Counted from the first letter of the whole stretch, positions 1-13,592 are shown. The stretch is DNA of 63,197 nucleotides, filler included, from Hyphochytrium catenoides (GCA_900088475.1; 13 parts of 13 records of this genome joined end to end with filler, not necessarily neighbours in it), one strand, 5' to 3'. Notes: generated by a model from the letters alone, not told the origin. Numbers and translations are program-made.

Positions 1-13
1 CTTTCTTCTTCAG

Positions 14-209
14 GCCGCAGGAAAGATGCTCAAGGACTTTAACGTCTTTGAAGGGACACTCAGAGGAAGACTCACGGAACAGTTTGTCGTCTTAGGTAAG
101 AGAGAGAGAGAGACAAAGACCGGACCAGAAAAGAGAGCGAAGAAGAGGAAAGGATGAGAAAACGCTAGGCTTAAGGACATGGCCCTTCTCTCTCTTCCCC
201 CCATTTCTG

Positions 210-240
<31 letters not shown>

Positions 241-697
241 CTCTTACCATTCATTCTCTCTCCTCTCTCTCTCCCTCCCTCTCTCTCCTCCTACCAACTC
301 TCTCTCTCTGACGTACTTGCTGCCCTTTCTCTTCCAGATTCTATCCGCGGTCTATCTTTCTCTTCTTGGATGCCAGAGCGGTCCCGCGTCGCGGCTGTGG
401 CAGGCAGCCTGCGTCTCTCTTCCGACCAGCGGCTGGCTCTAGAGCTCAACATGCTGCGAGACAGAGCAGAGAAAGGAGAGAAGGTAGTTAGACGAACGAC
501 GGCACGGGCGAAGAGAGAAAGAGGCTTTTCAGTTTGCTGGGTGCCGAACCGTTACCTCCTCGACTCCCCCATATTTCTCTCTCTTTCTCTTGTCTTCTTT
601 CTATCTATCTATTCTCTTGCTCTTTCTCCTCTCTCCATGTGTCNNNNNNNNNNNNNNNNNNNNNNNNNNNNNNNNNNNNNNNNNNNNNNNNNNNNNN

Positions 698-734
<37 letters not shown>

Positions 735-2230
735 TCCCTGTCTCTCTCTCTTTCTTTTTCTCTCTGTTTGCCTCTCTCTCCCTCCCTCTTGTTTCTCTCT
801 TTTCACCTTACTCCTTGATGTTTCATTGCCGCAGCTTCTCCCGGATGCCTGTGTTGCCCTTCAAGGCTGGACGCTTGACGTCACTCAGCTTGTCTTTGAC
901 CTGGTCTTTCAGCCCATTAGGACACAGTTGGAAGAGATCTTTCCTCTGCAGGTGACTTCTTCTTTCTGCTCCCACTCGTCTCTCTCTCTTACCCTGTGGG
1001 TCTCGCTATGTCTCTCCCCCTCTTTGTTGCTCTCTCTCTCTCTCTCCTGATTTCGTCGTTCTGCTCCCACTCGTCTCTCCCTTTCTCCCTGTGGATCTCG
1101 CTATGTCTCTCGCCCTCTTTCTTTCTTTCTCTCTCCCTCTCTCTCTCTTTCTCTCTCTCTCTCGCTCTCTTTCTTTCTCTTTCTCTGGCCATCCGCTGAG
1201 GCTCTTTCATTGGTTGGATAACACGAGGCAGAGAGTGCTGATGGTGTCTCTTTCCGCTCTTGTTAGGCTTGGAAGAATACAAAGCCGAGAGACTCCTCCT
1301 ACTTGCCGAGCTTTGGCGGCCTTCCACAGGTACATTGCCATATAGACCGGCAAATGAAGGAGCGAAGAGATAGCTGAACATGTGAGAGACGGAGAAAGAA
1401 AAGGAGAAAGAATGAAAGATAGATAGGGAGGGCAGCGAAGGCAATATAATGAGAAATGAGAGATGGGGAACAGGGGACGAGAGAGAAAGAGAGAGAGAGA
1501 GGTGGCCCTCTAACTTCCTTTGCTTGTGACCTATGGCCCAGTCTTCCCACTTACCGTTCTTTGGACCTATTTCTCTTTCTCTCTCCCTCTTTCTCTCTCG
1601 CTCCCTATCTCACTCTCTCCTTCGTTTCTCTTTCAGCCCTACATCACGACCATAGGCGAGCATCTCCTCTCGTTTGTCCAACAATTGGAGCCTTTCGCCG
1701 CGAGTGAGGGACTATCCGATGCCATCTCAGCTTCAGAGAACCTCTGGAAAGTAGGAGAGAGAGAGTGGGAGACGTTTGAAAAGCTCTTGGCTCTAAATGC
1801 TGAGGAGAAGAGAGAGTTAAAGAAGCTCCATGAGAAGTGCCTGGAAGATGAAGAAGCCGATGATGAGGCATCTGCAGATCTCAATGGAGATCACGCAGAA
1901 TCTGCAGATGGAGCTTTATCGGGATTTGGAGCTCAACAATTCGTAGATAAGTGGACTCATGCCTTAGTCCAAGGCACAGTGGGTCTCCTGCTGTCCTCAG
2001 TGCTGCGGATTCCCTCCCTGGGGTCCAGCGGCGCTGCACAGCTGGCAACGGACGTAGAATACGTGGTGAATGTCTTCTCTGCGCTTGGGGCAGTGGCGCA
2101 TCCTCTTTTGGAAAAACTGCTTTTCTATCTGCAAAGGAAGGAAGGAGAAAAGAGGGAGGAAGAAGACAGTGGCCTGGTGCTGAAGATGGTCAAGGCTGTA
2201 GAGACAAGACGTCTAGAGGGAGAGAAGTGA
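14..2230 (+). CDS. COG7: Conserved oligomeric Golgi complex subunit 7, 3' part (5' end lies upstream of the window)
   Basis: Exons 14-95, 338-483, 835-951, 1267-1329 and 1637-2230 join in frame across GT-AG introns. The product has LPSFGGLPQ/PYITTIGEHLLSFVQQLEPF and GAAQLATDVEYVVNVFSALG, matching the COG7 C-terminus. TGA stop at 2228-2230. Confidence 0.85.
965..1120. repeat. Two diverged ~60-bp copies (period ~95 bp) in a COG7 intron
   Basis: TCTGCTCCCACTCGTCTCTC...CCCTGTGG(G/A)TCTCGCTATGTCTCTC occurs at ~965 and ~1060. Confidence 0.7.
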
Positions 2231-2963
2231 GGATGGGAAAGAGGTTGATAGACCGGAAAGGAGAAAGACAAGGCTTGGAGTAGGAGAGACCAGGCCAAAG
2301 GACGAGGACCGGAGAGACACACACACAAGCATCGCGAAAAGAGAGAGAGAGACGGAGAGAGACAGAGAGAGAGAAACAGCCTCTCACTTTGGAGTTATAT
2401 ATATATCTATTGGCTCTGCGAGACAGAGTAAGTGGAAAGAAGATGCCTCTTAACTCCGTGGCACTTTCCGGATCTCTTTACCGAGGTCTACCTCATTTCT
2501 TTGGGGGGGAGAGAGACAGGGAGAGAGAGTAAAGAGGAGCGAGAAAGAGAGAGAGAGAGTAAGGAAGACAAAGGGAAGAGTTACGTAAGCGGTTTGTTAA
2601 CCTTCAAAAATGAGCAAGAGCAGAGAGAGAACTAACGATGCCCCACAATACTTAGAACAAGAAGGGAGAGAGAGAGAGAGAAAGAGAGAGAGCGCCTGCC
2701 TTGGTCATAAAACAACTATCGAAGTGAAGAAGGGTTTCTGAGGGAAAGAGAAGAGGGTTTGAGGACATGAAGGCAAGGAAAGAGACACGCATCCTGACGA
2801 CTAAGCGGATCCTAACAATAAGAGCTTAGGAAGAAAGGGAAAGGTGAGCGAGAGATAAAGCGCAGAGAGAGAGAGAGAGAGGATAGGAGAGAGAGGTTAG
2901 GATAAGAGTATCTATTAAATATATCAGGTAGGAAAGCTGCTCTTAGAACTCTTTCTTGTCTCT

Positions 2964-5900
2964 TCATTTCTTCCTCTGTATCTCTCTCACCAGTCCTCTC
3001 CCGAGCCTCTGGATCTCTGACACTATTTCTGAGACGTTTGGCACCATCATCACCTTTCGTTTCTTATCTCTCTCTCCTCCCTTCTCCTCTCCTGTCATTT
3101 TCTCTCTCTCCTCTTCCGGCAGAAGAGGGACGAGGATGCTGTTGTTGGCCTCTAGGACACGGAAGGGTCGCGGCTGGAAGGCCTTGGGAATGAAGAGAAG
3201 AGCGATGACAGGTCCTCCTCTCTCTCCTCCGTCGCTATAAAACACAAGCGCTTCTCTCTTCAGAAGCTGTCTCAGCTCTTGAACATAGGAAAAGACAGGG
3301 TTGAACCCTACCAAGAGCTCGTCTCTCTCTCTCTCCTGTTGCAGGTTTCTGAAGACAGAGAGAGCATACTTTTCTCCCATTCTCTCTCTTTTCTGTTTCT
3401 CTCCTCGCGCTTTCTGAGAAGAGAGAAAGAGAAGTTTCTGCACCTGAGAAGGAAGAGGAGGAAGGATGGCCGAGTCCAGGTGGATAATAACGTCAAAAGG
3501 AGAGAGATCCGGAACGAAGAGGAGGGAGAGGAGTCTCCTTTCCGCCTGGTTTCTCTTCTCTTGTCCCCCTGTCTCTCTCCCTTCTATCCAGCTTCTTAGC
3601 GTTTCCACTGCCACTCTCGCGAGTCCCTGTAAGTGTCTAAAAATAACAGGAGAGAGACCGTCCGGAGAGAAGAAAGGTTCCCATCCTCTCTCTCTGTCCC
3701 AAGGCGTGACAATGTACATTGCTCTTCCCGCATTTTTCTTCTCTGACCCTGCCTCTCTCTCTCCATCAAACTTTCTCCTGATGGCTGTGTAGTCAGCAGG
3801 AGAGAGAGAGTGAGAGACATCGACAATCAAAGGGTCTCTCTCCCAGTCAAACTCACAGAGGAGAGAGAGAAAGCGGATGAAGGCAGAGAGAGCGCTCCCC
3901 GGTCTCTCCTGGGGAAACTGGCGGAGAAAGATTTCTGCCATGATCACCTCTACCGTGGAGAGAGGGAAGAGAGAAGGAGAGAGAAGAAGATGGGAAGAGA
4001 GCCAGAAAGAGGCAACCCGAACAGCTGCTCCGTAGGCGGTGTGTTGAAGATAAAGAGAGTGGAGAGCGGAAGAGAGAAGGGGAGAGACGATGCATTTCTC
4101 CTCAATCTCTCGTATCTCAGCCACAATCTGCTCTCTCTTCTCTCCTTCTCTTTCTTCTTCGTCTCTCTCTCTCGTGGCAGGAGGGAGAAAGCCTGGCCTC
4201 TTCTCTATCTTCTGTCGCAGGAGAAAGAGCTCTCTCTCTACGAAGATAAATAGTCTGAAGGCATAGCCGCCATAGAAAACGTCAAGAAAGCTCTCTGTCA
4301 CCTGGAAGAGAGAAGGAGAAAGAGAAGAAAGAGAGGGAGTAAGCAGGCAGTAACAACGTGATGATGGGTGGCAATAGGAAGAGGCCATGAAGATGAGACG
4401 ACTAATGGCAAGCCTGTGAGCGCCGAACGAGATGAGGGAGAGACTTGGTTGACAAAGAGAGAGACACACAGAGAAGCATACAGACAGGTAGAAAGGAGAG
4501 ATTATTAGAGGAGAGGGACAGAGAAAGAGAGAGAGATGATAGTGAGAGGGATCGAAACGAGTTGCTAGATAAAGAGCTCCGCTGGCAAGCAGCCATCAGA
4601 AAAAGGAAAGGCCGAGTCTAGCGCGAGGAGAGGGAAAAAAAAGAGAGAGGAGGGAATAGAAGAGAGAGGAAGAAGAAAAACGAGAGAAAGAGAGAGAGAG
4701 ATGCCCCTACCTGGGAATGAATCCCGCAGTTTTCTTCGAGACTCTGCTTGATCTTCAGATAGAACGCGGCCTTCGCTCGTCTCAGGGCTTCCACGCTGTC
4801 TGGCCAACGGAGAGAACTCTCGAAGGAGAGAAGAACATCCACAGGAGAGAGAAGAAGAGAGAGAGACGCAGAGTCCGCAACGCTGTACCCTGGGACTTTC
4901 TCTATATAACCGTCATCAGAGGTAGCTAGAGGGTGAGGAAGAGGAGGAAAGATCTCTGAATAGCGGAGGACGGGACTAATCCCCTGGAGAGAAGAGACGG
5001 AGAGAGGAAGATCCTCCAGAGCCCGAAGTCTCTTTCCTAAGTTCTCTAGAGCTCTTTGGACGGATAAGACTGCGTCCTCACTGCTCACCGCTGCTCTCTC
5101 TCTCTCTTTCTTCCCATTGTGAGGAGAGAGAAGCTCCGTGAAGAGAGAGGAAGAGGCGATGGCTATGTCAGACGAAGAAAGAGAAGAGAAATGTGCGGGT
5201 ACGATGTACCGAATAATTTCTTCTATAATCCGGTGCTTTCCTAATGAGGGAGAGGAGGGAGAGAGAGAGGACCAGACCACTGCCTCTACGATTGTCCCGT
5301 CTTTAAACCTGCGAAGCTCTGCTTTTCCCTTCCAGAAAGCGCGAAACTCTGCAGCTCTCTCTTCCTCTTCCGCAGACGGACCGCGATCGACCAAGCGATG
5401 GGCTTTCTCTGTGTTAATGTTAACGCCCACCAGAAGAGGAGCAGGGCGGAAGGACCATCTCTTTCTTTCTGTCTCTCTCTCTCTTGGAAGAGGGCTCCAG
5501 GTCTTTTCCTGTGGTTTACTTATCGCTCTGATAGCGGTTATTCTATCTCCCAGAGCCCTAGTGAGAAGAGAAGAGACTCTTTCTCTCCACGCCGCGTCTT
5601 CTCCCATATCATTCACCTCGTTCTGCATGTCAACAGGGAGAGAAGAGAACTCCGAAGAGGAAGAACAGAGCGAAGAAGGAGGAGGAACCGTGACGAAGAA
5701 GTCATACTTGCTATAGAAGGGAACACGGCGGATAAAGAAGGAAGAGAACGTGTCTTCTCCGCCTTCCCTGCCATTCAGCCCTTGAAACGTTAAGGCAGCC
5801 TCCCTCTTTACCTCTTCGTAGGAAGAGAGAGACACACGACCAAAGATGTTGAAGGCACCAGAAGGATCCAGAAGGACTAAGGGAAAAGCCTCTTGAAAGG

Positions 5901-7569
5901 AAGAGAGAACCTCTTCAGAAGGAGAGTCAGAGGAGGAAGAGAGAGGAAAGTAAAGAGGCTTCTCTCTCAGATCTTCTTTCATTAAGAACTCCATAAGGAC
6001 CCGGAACATCTGAAGAGGCGTCATGAGAGGAGTGAGTCTCCTCTTCTCCATCATCCAGCACATCAACATAGACAAACACCAGCCATTGAGAGCGTCACTG
6101 CTCTCGTCTTGTTCTCTCTGCCTCGACCAGATTTTCACCAGTCGAAGAGCGAGAGAGAAAGACGGAGACCGTTTACTCTCCTCGTACAGGAGAGAGAGGT
6201 GGGAGAGAAAGCGTCCATCTTCTAAGAGAGCGTTAGAGTAGTGAGGAGTGGGAAGCTGAGGGAGTTCATGCCTTCTAAAAATTCTCTTGCAGTTGTTTCT
6301 CTCTGGCCGGAGCTTCTTCAGAGGGAAGAGCTCTGGGTCAATGCTGGGAAAGAGACGGACCGTGAACTTGGAGACCTTCTTTCCTTCTCTCTCTCCCTTT
6401 CTCTTCTTTCCCTTGGATGAGGAGGACGATGGAAGGAGAGGAGAGAGCTCCAGAATGGGCTTCCGTGGGTCGCCGCGGAAAGGTTTGACTCTCACGTCAG
6501 CGACGAGGTCCGGCCGTTCTGTCAAATATCGGGCAATATTCGAAATATATAAATTTCGCTTGTCAAAATACCGATAATTCACGGAGTCCGTCTCCGGAGA
6601 GAAGAGCTTATTTGGCATCTGTATGGCTAAATCCACATTAAGATGTGGTCTAACCAATGTTCGCAGGAGGAAGCTGCCGATGACGTCCACGCGCGTGGGA
6701 GGAGAGAAAGAGAGAGAGAGAGCAGGAAAAGTGGGAGACGGAGGGAGATGATTCTTAAGAAAGAAGCCTTGGATGTCACTGTCTTCTCTCTCCAGATCCT
6801 CAGCCGTGATCTCTCTCTCTTCCATCTCCTCTAACGCTGTCTTGAGAGAGAAGAGAAACGCTTCAATCTTCTTTATCTCTCCTCTCTCATAGTCCAACGC
6901 TGTCTCTTCCAAGAGCTCTGAGATCTGAAGGCGAAGAAGGTTGGATTGGAAGAGATTCTCTGCATCTCGGAGGTGGTCTAGCTCTTCTTTTGTAGGAAGA
7001 GAGAACTTGCTCTCTCTCTTCCGCTTCTCTCCTACTTTGGCCGTGTCTCCCTCTTCTGACTTCTCTTCAGGTTTCTCTTTCTTTGAGATGTCATCGCCTT
7101 CTTCTTCCATGTCTTCTGAGACTGCTTCTCCTGGTGCCAGTTAGCGTGCTTAATCTCCGAAAAGAGAGAGAGAGAGAGGACAAACAGAGATGGACGCGAG
7201 AGAGAGACCTGGGGCGAAGAGAGAAGCAAGAAGACAGAGAGGAAGAGTATGACGGCCAAGCGAGTTTATAAAGAAAGGTCAACAGAGGACCGAAAAGTGA
7301 GACAGAGAAAGAGACAAAGAGGATTGAGATAGGAAGAGAGAATATGTTGGCGAAAGAAAGGATGGCGGGGAGATCTACTGCTAGTCCGATGGCGAAGACA
7401 GAGAGAGAGAGAGAGGGAGAAGGAGAGAAAGAGGGAGAAAAAAGAGAGTCTATAGACTGCCATGCCGCATACCTTCAGTGCCATCCTCTTCTTCTCCTTC
7501 CGGATCGCTTCCCTGTTCATCCTCTTCCTCCGCCATCCGTAGCAGTGCTGCCTCTAGTGCAGATGGCAT
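2964..7569 (-). CDS. NOL6: Nucleolar protein 6 / U3 snoRNP protein Utp22 (Nrap family)
   Basis: Exons 7569-7473 (MPSALEAALLRMAEEED..., not in the ORF track), 7130-4711 and 4301-2964 join in frame via GT-AG introns. Motifs LFQSNLLRLQISELL, VDLAIQMP...NYRYFDKRNLY, FRAFWKGKAELRRFKDGTIVEAVVW and FIRFLSLLCEFDWERDPLIVD are typical of Nrap. Confidence 0.93.
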
Positions 7570-7988
7570 GATGGCGATAAAGGAGAGAGAGAGAGAGACT
7601 CTCCTGTGCCGTTGTCTCCGCTTTTCTGTGAGTTCTCCCCTCTTTTACCTCGGTGAGAATCCTGCTAGTTCAGAGGCTAGAGCTTCTGGACAATGCAGCT
7701 CGGAGCTCCAATAATCTCTGCAGATATCAGAGAAGGGAAAGAGGTCGTTTCCTTTCTTTCTCTTCTTTCTCTCTCTCTGTCTTTCTCACTCTCTCTCTGT
7801 CTTTTTCTCTCTCTCTCTCTTTCACTCACTCACTCTCTCTTTTTCTCTCTCTCTCTTTCACTCACTCACTCTCTCTTTTTCTCTCTCTCTCTCTTTCACT
7901 CACTCACTCTCTCTTTTTCTCTCTCTCTCTCTTTCACTCATTCACTCTCACTCCCTCTCTCTCACTGTGTGTGTGTCTCTCTGTCTCT

Positions 7989-8021
<33 letters not shown>

Positions 8022-8070
8022 GTCTGTCTGTCTGTCTCTCTCTCTGTCTGTCTGTCTGTGTCTCTCTCTG

Positions 8071-8101
<31 letters not shown>

Positions 8102-8350
8102 GCTGAGATTCGCATTTTGGTTGGTCCATGATGGTTCGATGGCAGTAGTAATACAGAGCTTAGACTGTATTAGAGGATATTTGTGATCTAATAGTACGCC
8201 ACTGCAATCTGACCGGTAAAATTGGCGATAAAAAGTAACTGGAGGCTCTTATTGCGGATATGTACAACCCGCTGCTGGCCAGTGATGAAGAGAAACTTCA
8301 CGATGAGAACTGGGGAAGAGAGAAGAGGGCTTTCTTCCTCTCTCTCCCTT

Positions 8351-8407
<57 letters not shown>

Positions 8408-8675
8408 GTGTCCCTCTCTTGCTTGCTCGCGCTCTCCCTCACCTTTTCTTTCTCTCTCTTCCTCCTATGCCTCGCTTCGATGCTTGTTGATCTGAGGATC
8501 TTCACTTCCTATCGCTGGCTTTCTCATCGCTTTCTCTCCTCCCTTCCAGAGCTCACCTGCTCTGCGATCTCTGTCCTCAGCCTTTCCCTTAGGTTTCTCA
8601 CTCTTCAGCCTGCACTCACGGTCATCGCTTAGGACCTTAGAAGGTTACACAGAGAGAGAGAGAGCAAGTAGCGGA

Positions 8676-9157
8676 ATGATGCCGCCAAAGAAGAGTACCT
8701 CCGATGTCACCAGGAAGAAGAGAAAGAAGTTGTCGACAGAGAAAGACATCCAAGAGAAGTTAGCAGAGCTCCAAAATGCAGAATGGGACTCTGAAGAGTC
8801 AGAGGGAGAGGCAGAGATCGATGTAAAGGAGAGAGACAGAGAAGAGGAAGAGTTCTCTCTTCAGAGAGACTTCGTCAAGCTCAACGAGTTGTCAGCGACC
8901 ACCAAGGAGAAGATCAGCAAGAAGAAGATAGAGAAAGGAGGAGAGAAAAAGAAAGAGAAAGATGGGAAAGGCGGAGAGTCCTCTGTCATTTACTTGGGCC
9001 ACGTGCCTCACGGATTCTATGAGAAAGAGATGAATGGCTTCTTCTCGCAGTTTGGAGTCGTCAAGCGGCTTAGACTCTCACGAAGCAAAAGGACTGGCAG
9101 GTGAGGTCTGAAGAGGATGGAGGACGAAAGAGGGGTAACGGTGCCCGAGAGGGCGGT

Positions 9158-9194
<37 letters not shown>

Positions 9195-9367
9195 GAGGAG
9201 TTATGAGATGAAGTCGCTGCTCTCCTGCTATTCCTTGTCGGCACTCCCTGCTCTGTAGGAACTCCTTTTCCTCTCTCCTTCCTCTCTCTCTCTCTTCTGC
9301 CGTGTATTCCACTCTCTACCCGCCTTTTCATATCTTCTCCTCTTCTCATCTCTCTCTCTGACCTCAT

Positions 9368-9409
<42 letters not shown>

Positions 9410-9843
9410 CCCCTCTCTCTGTTTTTTCTCTGTCTTTGCTCTCTCCCTTTTTGCTCCCTGTAACTAGGTCAAAGGGCTATGCCTTCGTTGAGTTTGAAGA
9501 CCCTGAAGTCGCAAAGATTGTCGCAGAAACAATGAACGGCTACACTCTCTTCGATCACCGCCTTGTCTGCCATAGGCTTGAGAAAGAGAAGATCCATCCG
9601 TCTCTCTTTGTCGGCGCAGGAAAGGCGTTCCGCCCCATTCCTTGGAGAGAGATAGCGAAGAACAGGCACAACGCTGTCAAGACGGCGGAACAGGGAGAGA
9701 GAGTCGTACAAAGACTGTTAAAGAGAGAGAATAAGAAGAGAAAGGCGCTGGCGGAGAAAGGCATTGACTATGAGTTTGCGGGTTATAAAGCCAAGGCAAG
9801 CAAGAAGCCGACGAAGATCAAGTTTGACCAGACTGAAGACTAA
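8676..9843 (+). CDS. NIFK: Nucleolar RRM protein NIFK/Nop15
   Basis: Exons 8676-9100 and 9468-9843. The splice restores [24 protein letters not shown]...[20 protein letters not shown], and the C-terminus reads [14 protein letters not shown]. Confidence 0.93.
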
Positions 9844-9952
9844 TCAGTTAATTGATTATTTATTTGACGCCATCTGCAGTCTGACTCGCGATCGCTCTGA
9901 GTCTTCTCGCGGGGATGTCTTCTCTCTCTCTCTTTCTCTCTCTTTCTTTCTG

Positions 9953-9988
<36 letters not shown>

Positions 9989-10446
9989 CTTCTAATTTGT
10001 TCCTTTACCGGTGGCTCCCTCCTCCTGACATGTTACGTCATCGAGTCCGAGTGAGAGGCCGCTTAGCGTCTCTCTCTCTCTCTCTTTACATGGTTGCTGC
10101 TTCTCTCTCTCTTAGTCAGCTGTCTCTTCTTCCTCTTCCCGTTCACTCACTCTCCTTCCTTCCATCTATACCGACCTTATCCTCGGACTTCCAGCTCCGG
10201 GGAAGAGAGAGAGGAAAGGGCGAGGGTATGAGAAAGAGAATGGCGGGGTTGAGGATGGTGCCCAACAACATAATGAAAAATCTACTTCTATAACTTAATG
10301 AAGAAAGACTTCTCTCTTTCCAGAAAACGGAGAGGAAAAACTAAATTTTGACAAGTTGTCTCCCTCTTTCTCTCTCTCTGCCGCGCTCTCTCCTTTCCGC
10401 TATCTGTCTCCGCTCAAGCTGTCTCTCTCTCTCTCTCTCTCTCTCT

Positions 10447-10885
10447 CTAGAGCTGCAGCACTAATATCATGACGGCGATAGCGAGAAGCGCGACCATCAC
10501 GACCAAGATAAAGTTGTGTTGCTCGCCCTGCTGAACTCTCTTTCCTGTCTCTCCTGCTTTCCCTCCCGCTCCTCCGCCTCCTATCGCGTTATTCTCTCTC
10601 TCTGCTCTCTCTTCCTCTTCTCTCTTCTTTCTCTCTCTCTCTTCCTTCTCCTGTTTCTCTCTCAGTTGCACATATTCTGGAAATAACTTGCGGAAGATTG
10701 GATCCCTGCAGCTCGCTTCTAGAGACTCAGCCGCTAACCGCCGCTTCTGCTCAGATATAAAGCATCAGCAAACCGAAGAGAACCAGGAGAGAGAGAGAGT
10801 GCAGAAAGCGGGAGAGAGAGAACAGAAGAAAGAGACACAGAGGGAGAGAGAGAGAGAGAGAGAGGAAATGGAAGAGAGAGACCGG

Positions 10886-10917
<32 letters not shown>

Positions 10918-13592
10918 TTGTAGAAAGCGAGAGAGAGAACAGAAAAACGAGACAGAGAGAGACACCAGAGAGAGAGAGAGTGGAAAGAGAAAGAGAAAGA
11001 CCGGGAGAGAGACAGAGAGAGAGAAAGAGAGAGAGAGATTGAAGAAAGCAGGAGAGAGAGCATAAGGCAGAGAGACAGAGAGAGACGAGAGAGAGAGAGA
11101 GCGGAAAGAGAAAGAGGAGACCGGAGAGACACAGAGAGATGAGAGGGAGAGACGTCTTAAAGCAGACAAATCGACGCTGAAGAGCAAGCTCCTCTCACCT
11201 GTGCATCTGTACTTTCCATACTTCCTAGAGTTGGCTGTGTCTCCAACTGGAGAGAGAGAGAGAAAGCACAGGGAGAAGCAAGAGAAAGAGAGAGCGCGAG
11301 AGAGAGGAGGAAGGGGCAGTATGAAGAAGAGAGAGAACAAGGAAATGATGGAGATAAACCAGCACGTGAAAAGATGCAGTAAAAGAGAGGTAATGGGTCA
11401 CTACAAGGGGGTTAAGACAGGAGAGACGCAGAGAGAGAGAAGGAGAAGCCGCGCGCGCGAGAGAGAGAGAGAGACAAACGGGAGACAAGAAACCATAAGA
11501 CCCAGAGCAACGAAGATTTANNNNNNNNNNNNNNNNNNNNNNNNNNNNNNNNNNNNNNNNNNNNNNNNNNNNNNNNNNNNNNNNNNNNNNNNNNNNNNNN
11601 NNNNNNNNNNNNNNNNNNNNNNNNNNNNNNNNNNNNNNGAGACGTACCATAAAGGAGTAGAGTCCAGTCAATATGCTGCTGACGGACCACATGGGGTTCC
11701 AGGTCTCCGGGTGAAAATCTGCGAAAGACGAGGAGAAACAAGAAAGAGTTATGGTTAAGTACTGGACGGAGAGAGACCGAGAGAGATACACAAATGTGAG
11801 AGAGAGAGAGGGAGAGAGCGTAGACGAAGAAAGCAGTCCGGTCTGTCTCTCTTACCCGACATACTAAGACACAGCCTCCTTCCTGTCTTAAAGCGCCCAT
11901 TAGGTGTTAACATTAACACTGAAGGTGGCTGAGAAAAAGAGAGGGAGAGACAGTGAGTGAGAGAGAGAGAGAGAGAGTGTGAGAGAGAGAGAAGAGAGAG
12001 AGAAAGAAGAGAGAAAAAGAGAAACCGAGCAGGGAAGAGCAGGAAATAAGAGGCATCACAGGACGAGGACCAAAAAGAGAACGCAAAGGGTCCAGCAACA
12101 GACAGAGAGAGAGAGAGAGAGGAAGGTCTGAAACTGGAGTGAGAAAGCTCTGGCTGTGGGAAATTGGTTAGAAGCCAGAGAAACAAAGAGAAAGAGAGAG
12201 AGAGAAAAGAAGAGAAAGATACACATATATATAGTGAGAGACAGAGAGAGAGCGTTACCTTCATTGGATACTCAGGAGGGAATTTCTGCGGAGAGAGAGA
12301 AAAATGGTCAGCTTACTCGCGGGAAGTAAGGAAGAGGAAGAGACATCTACATGGGAGGCAGACCAGTTTCCCCAGAAGATTAAAAGAGAAAGGGAAAGAG
12401 AGAAAGAGAAGAAGAGAGAACCAGGGCTGAAAAAGACGAGAGAGGCAACATGCGGAGAATCTAAGGTAGAAGAGAGAATGAAAGAGACAACAGAAAAGAG
12501 TGGGCACTGATTCCGCAGGTTAGCACTGACCAGCTTGCCATGATAGTATCCACCTTCACATCCGGCGCGCGGGGGAGAGAGAAGCATACGTGCGTAAGAA
12601 AGAGAAAGAGAGAGAGAGAGGGAGAGAGAGAGAGAGAGAGAGAGAGGAGACTCAGGACGAAAAAGAGCCAAAGAAGTACATTTCGTCATAGCTGACGAGC
12701 GAGAGCGAGCGAGACAGAGAAAGAGGGAGGAAGAGAGAGAGAGAGAAAAAGAGAGAGATACAGGATGGACGGAGAGGGAGAAATCGAGAAGTGGGAGAAT
12801 ATGATGAGAGCATCACGTCTTGGTACATCAGCGTTAGGGGGAAACTAGAAGGGAGAAACTTGGAAGTGTGGAGACTCTCTCTCTTGTTTCCTCATCCATG
12901 CTCTTCCTTGTTCTTCCTTACCTTCATAAGGTGTCCCTTTGGTCCCCTGGGGCCGAAAGCATTAGAGAAAGAGTGAGAGAGAGAGAGAGAGAAGGAAAAA
13001 GAGAGAGACAAAAAGAGGGAGAGAGAGGGGAGACAAAAAGCAAAGAGACAGATAGAGAGAGGAAGAAAGGCAGGGAGACAGACATAGTTTAAAAAGACAA
13101 AGGAAGACAAAAGGTCAGACTAGGAAGTGGCCGCAGGAAAGACTTTGAAGATAATATTTTGGAAGCAGCGTAGGAGGAAGGAAGGACGCCCAGAGAAGAG
13201 AGACGAGAGAAAGAAGAGAGAGAAAGAGAGAAGAGAAAGCACAGGAACTACAGCGAGAAAGAGAGAGAAGCAGAGAAAAGGCAGAATAAGAGAGACAAAC
13301 AGAGAGAGAGAAAGAGAGGGAGAGAGAGAAAACGCAAAAATAAGAGAGAAAGAGGGAGAAAGAGAATAGGAGAGTATGAGAGAGGAGAGAAAAGGTAGGG
13401 AGAGGAGCAACGAAGGGAAAGATGAGAAGAGGAAAAGAGAAAAGAGAGAGAAGAAGAGAGGACTCACTCTGATAACGTAGTGCCACTCGAGGATGTTAGA
13501 CTCCAGCGGCACGGCCTCAATATTCTCAATGGGCGTCTTCTTCAAACTCAAAAGCTCCTTCCGCAGACGTCGGGCCGCCATCTCCGACGCCA

